Virus record (IMG/VR): IMGVR_UViG_3300026521_000161
Span: 42,142-106,141 of that record
Source of the DNA: a virus
Strand: one strand, 5' to 3'
Length of the DNA stretch: 64,000 nucleotides
A program made the position numbers and the translations under genes. The notes under the pieces were generated by a model. It saw only the letters and a program-made list of their open reading frames with translations, made no database searches and was not told the origin of the DNA. Shown piece by piece: positions 60,593 to 64,000 of the stretch. Numbering within the stretch: the stretch's first letter is position 1; every line of letters starts with the position of its first letter.

Positions 60593-61500
60593 TTATTTTT
60601 CATTATTATATTAAATATTTGTCTTGTATTTTTAAGAATACATTCTATCTTTTCTCTAGAGAAAAGACTACCTTCTTCTCCATTTCTTAGATCCTGGTTA
60701 ACTTCTTTAAGGAACCTATACGTCTTTATAACTTCTGTTATACCAGTGAACTCTTTAGACTTACTTTTGTACTCTGTCATATATAGCCTAAACAATGCTA
60801 TCGTGTATACAGCTGTTCTCTCTATCTCGTTAAGTTCAACATCACATGTTTCGAAGTTACCAGCTTTCAGGAAACTATTTAATTTCTTAACAGTTAGCGT
60901 TAAATAATCTTGGTCGACTACTAACATGTTCCTACTAACCGTGTTATATATTTTAGCAGCTGGTTCGTATTTTTTATCTTTAGCTGTTAACTTAGTATAG
61001 CGTATACTATTTATAACACCAGCTTTAGTTAATACAAGTTTATATGTATAACTAACATCGAAGACTCCTCCTAAATCTGTTCCACCGTCCTCGAGCTTGT
61101 CTATATATTTGTTAAGATATGCTATAGATAAATATAGTATCATATCCTCCTTTTGTCTTTTCATACGTTTTTTAAGTTCACCTTTCTCGAAACCTACTTT
61201 TAATATGTCCTTAGTTACTGTTGGCATTATGCTATTTTCATTACCGCATGTTTTAGGTCTCTCTTTACCAAGCATACACTCACCTGTTTCTTTATTCATA
61301 AATATACAAGCTCTAGCATCAGCACTAACTCTACCATTTTTAAAATCGTCCTTATGCGAGAACAAATACATATTGTTCCCGACTTTATTAATCATATAGA
61401 TACCTTTATCTAATATATCAGCTCTTTTAAAATATATCTCAGCTGCTGTATTAGCGTCCATTATTGGTTGTCCTTTTTCACAAAAACTTGTTTCCATCAT
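60589..61500 (-). CDS. Hypothetical protein with partial YkgJ-like Cys motif
   Basis: CIFMNKETGECMLGKERPKTC. Confidence 0.6.
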   Translation of the reverse strand: MMETSFCEKGQPIMDANTAAEIYFKRADILDKGIYMINKVGNNMYLFSHKDDFKNGRVSADARACIFMNKETGECMLGKERPKTCGNENSIMPTVTKDILKVGFEKGELKKRMKRQKEDMILYLSIAYLNKYIDKLEDGGTDLGGVFDVSYTYKLVLTKAGVINSIRYTKLTAKDKKYEPAAKIYNTVSRNMLVVDQDYLTLTVKKLNSFLKAGNFETCDVELNEIERTAVYTIALFRLYMTEYKSKSKEFTGITEVIKTYRFLKEVNQDLRNGEEGSLFSREKIECILKNTRQIFNIIMKNK

Positions 61501-61513
61501 TTATCCTTTTATA

Positions 61514-62299
61514 CTAATTAGCTAATTTTAAAAACTCTTTTATGTTCTCTGTATATAACACACTAATATCGTCACCATCATACATGTATAAGTAACCATT
61601 ATTTAGAACAGGTTCTACTATTCCGTCTCTATATGTTTTAATGAGATATCTAACACCCTTACCCAAATCTTCCATAACCTGCGGTAGCTGTTCAGCGATC
61701 TTTAAATTATTAATGACTTTTTCAGCATCTCTTAAAACAATTGAACTTATGTCAAAATCATCCATAACACTTTTTAAGTTATCTAGAGCATTTAATAATT
61801 CATTTATGTCCTTATGCTTTCTAATTGCACTTTCTTTTAAAGACATATCTAAAACATCATTCAGTAATTTATCAGCTACATTAGATTTTAACATTAAATC
61901 TTCATTAGCAGAGTTAGGGAACAATAACTCATTATTTTCCTCTAAGTGGTTTAAATACTCCCTTACGTATGGAGAGTACAATATACTGTTAGGTAACATA
62001 TCTGGATCATCCGCTAACTTAGGTACGAAACTATACACATCTTCATCATTTACAACATTAGTAACAAAATCATATGTATTATAAGATCTAACGACTATAA
62101 CATAAATACTATCACCTATTTCTATATCTTTCGTTAAATCACCAAGTTTAACATCTATATAGCAGATCTTTCCATTAGCGTCTCTATACGCTTGTTTACT
62201 TTCATCCTTAATATTTTTGATTCTTTTAACTTGTTTAGCTAAAGTAAACCCATCATTGATTCCATACTTTAAAGTATCTAGTCCTTTGATATTTGACAT
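61514..62299 (-). CDS. Hypothetical protein
   Basis: 261 aa, aagga RBS, promoter at 62338-62365. Confidence 0.65.
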   Translation of the reverse strand: MSNIKGLDTLKYGINDGFTLAKQVKRIKNIKDESKQAYRDANGKICYIDVKLGDLTKDIEIGDSIYVIVVRSYNTYDFVTNVVNDEDVYSFVPKLADDPDMLPNSILYSPYVREYLNHLEENNELLFPNSANEDLMLKSNVADKLLNDVLDMSLKESAIRKHKDINELLNALDNLKSVMDDFDISSIVLRDAEKVINNLKIAEQLPQVMEDLGKGVRYLIKTYRDGIVEPVLNNGYLYMYDGDDISVLYTENIKEFLKLAN

Positions 62300-62337
62300 T
62301 ATAATATCCTTCGCCTTATAGGCATTATTTAAAATTT

Positions 62338-62365
62338 GTACTTATGTACTATATTAATATTATAT
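62338..62365 (-). promoter_or_regulatory. Putative early promoter with mini hairpin
   Basis: Minus strand ATATAATATTAATAT-AGTACATAAGTAC. Confidence 0.55.
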
Positions 62366-62390
62366 AACTATAAAAAAATAGAGCACAGGA

Positions 62391-62999
62391 CTATCTCCCG
62401 TACTCCATCATCATCACCAATTGTTCATATGTTATTTCGTATCTAGATAAGTTAGTATCTTTATCATTTTTATTTAAAGAAAAGATTCTTAAATATTTAT
62501 GTTTCTTATTTATAATAACTTTTATCATAGTACCAGGTATGTACACTTTATCTCCTATATAACTATCTGAATACAACATTAGATTAACCACATAAACATA
62601 ACCTAGTTTTAACGCTACCAATCTAGTGTATCTTTCTAAACTACCCCAGACATATGAATTTAGATAATGATTTTGTGGGATTATATTACTATAAACATAA
62701 ACATCGTTTAATGATTTTTCACTATAATCAAAACTAGCATCACTACATACATGCCCCCTATCATAACCACTTAAGAAGTAATCATCATTACCGACCCTTA
62801 CCTCTAGAGGTAATCTAAAGTCTCTCTTTATGGTTGGTCTATTCTTTATACTATCCTTAAGTAAATTACCCTTACTTAATCTACACCACACAAAACTCGG
62901 ACCTTTAACTTCATCTAGAAAACCTATCTTTATAGTAGACCTAAGATACCTATCATACCTCATTCTCTTATAATAATGCCTAACACTATATTTATCCAT
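62391..62999 (-). CDS. DNA/RNA non-specific endonuclease
   Basis: SGYDRGH, SNIIPQ, LN...W..LE motifs. Confidence 0.85.
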   Translation of the reverse strand: MDKYSVRHYYKRMRYDRYLRSTIKIGFLDEVKGPSFVWCRLSKGNLLKDSIKNRPTIKRDFRLPLEVRVGNDDYFLSGYDRGHVCSDASFDYSEKSLNDVYVYSNIIPQNHYLNSYVWGSLERYTRLVALKLGYVYVVNLMLYSDSYIGDKVYIPGTMIKVIINKKHKYLRIFSLNKNDKDTNLSRYEITYEQLVMMMEYGR

Positions 63000-63069
63000 A
63001 AAAACTTCCTTTATTATAGTTCATGTTAAATTATTGTGTATAACCTGAATAAAATAAAAAGGATACCGT

Positions 63070-63810
63070 ATGGTACTATTCGTCGAAGATTGGTATAAGA
63101 AACATCCAGAAGCTATAATAGATATGAAAACTAAAAATAAATCTTTTATAAGGATAGCTGGTCTCTATAAACGCATGGGTATAAAGAACCATGCCTTTAT
63201 GTTAGCATTGCATGATAGTGAGCTACAAGGAGTCGACCCGTACTCTGAGGACTTAACAAGTGATCAAAAATTAAGGATAGCTAGAGAAGTTAAGGTTAAT
63301 CCATGGTATTGGTTCAGAGAGATTATGAGAGTACCACCACCAGCTGGTTCTGATCCAATTATGTTTAGAGCTAATAGAGCAAATATAGCTACGTTATGGT
63401 TAGCATTTAACCACATAACAGGATACCTCATCCAACCAAGACAGACTGGTAAGTCTTTAACAGGTGATGGTTTAGATGCGTATATGTTAAACACTGGGGC
63501 AGCTAATAGTGATGTGTCCCTGATAACAAAAGATGAGAAACTACGTATTAAAACATCTGTACAGGTTAGAGAGTTAATATCGTTAACACCTAAATATTTA
63601 CAACTATTATCTAAAAAAGATATTAAAAATAATGAACGTGTTACTATAAATGCTTTAGGTAACAGCATGAACTTATATGTTGGTCGTAATGATAAAAAGG
63701 CTGCTGATAACCTAGGTCGTGGTATGACGTCACCTATTGTAAGAATAGATGAGTTCGCTTACATATACAATATAGACATAACTTTACCTACATTATTAGC
63801 GGCTACTACT
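63070..63810 (+). CDS. terL: Terminase large subunit, exon 1 (phiKZ gp25-like)
   Basis: NPWYWFRE, FRANRAN, Walker A PRQTGKS, GRGMT, Walker B IDE; followed by group I intron sequence. Confidence 0.85.
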
Positions 63811-64000
63811 AAAAAGCTGTAACGAATGTTACACAATGGTTGCTATAGTCGTGAGGCTATAGTATTTAACTCCTAATTGCGGGGAACCCCTTAGAGCCTA
63901 TAGATACTACTTATACATGGAAACATAGTATAATACCACACCCAGTAATGGAAGTGTGTGGCATAGTAAAAACTCTATAGGATTGGGCAACCGACGCAGC
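63805..64000 (+). mobile_element. Group I intron in terL (5' part; runs off the window)
   Basis: aattgcggggaa (P) and gggcaaccgacgcagc (Q), hairpin ctatagtc-gtga-ggctatag; 5' splice site at about 63804-63810. Confidence 0.8.

Noticed and set aside
790-63668. Many short ORFs antisense to long genes (e.g. 21794..22219, 30108..30686, 35347..36018, 47713..48282)
   Set aside because: Shadow ORFs arising from codon bias of the real genes
1-64000. CRISPR arrays, tRNAs, rRNA, reverse transcriptase/DGR
   Set aside because: No repeat-spacer periodicity, cloverleaf with T-loop or RT motifs seen by eye; tRNAscan-SE would be needed to exclude tRNAs

Overview
AT-rich segment of a phiKZ-like, nucleus-forming jumbo phage (Chimalliviridae-type). 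Assignments come from motif recognition only; no searches were run. Core genes recognised: chimallin (nuclear shell), PhuZ tubulin, the split family-B DNA polymerase palm subunit, RecA/UvsX, a virion RNA polymerase beta fragment, portal, tail sheath and tube, baseplate-type proteins, a SNF2-like helicase and the terminase large subunit. Nucleotide-metabolism genes include a ThyX-like protein, MazG, dNMP kinase and dCMP deaminase. There are three self-splicing elements: a class-3-type intein starting with Met in the helicase, a group I intron with an HNH endonuclease splitting recJ inside its catalytic DYDxDG motif, and a related group I intron starting in terL at the window end. AAGGA-type RBSs, ThyX and the SLT-like gene loosely suggest a Campylobacterota-like host (inference). 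Three signals are most unusual. (1) Two related, co-oriented non-coding modules at about 14.3-14.7 kb and 16.9-17.1 kb share an upstream motif followed by a structured GC-rich segment with G-tracts and then an AT/TA-rich tract; they are candidate transcription-primed origins or new ncRNAs. (2) A 1162-aa head-type polyprotein has two HExxH metalloprotease-like membrane modules and a kinase-like module separated by G-x-E prohead-protease sites. (3) A recurrent putative early promoter is coupled to a tiny AGTA(C/T)...(G/A)TACT hairpin.
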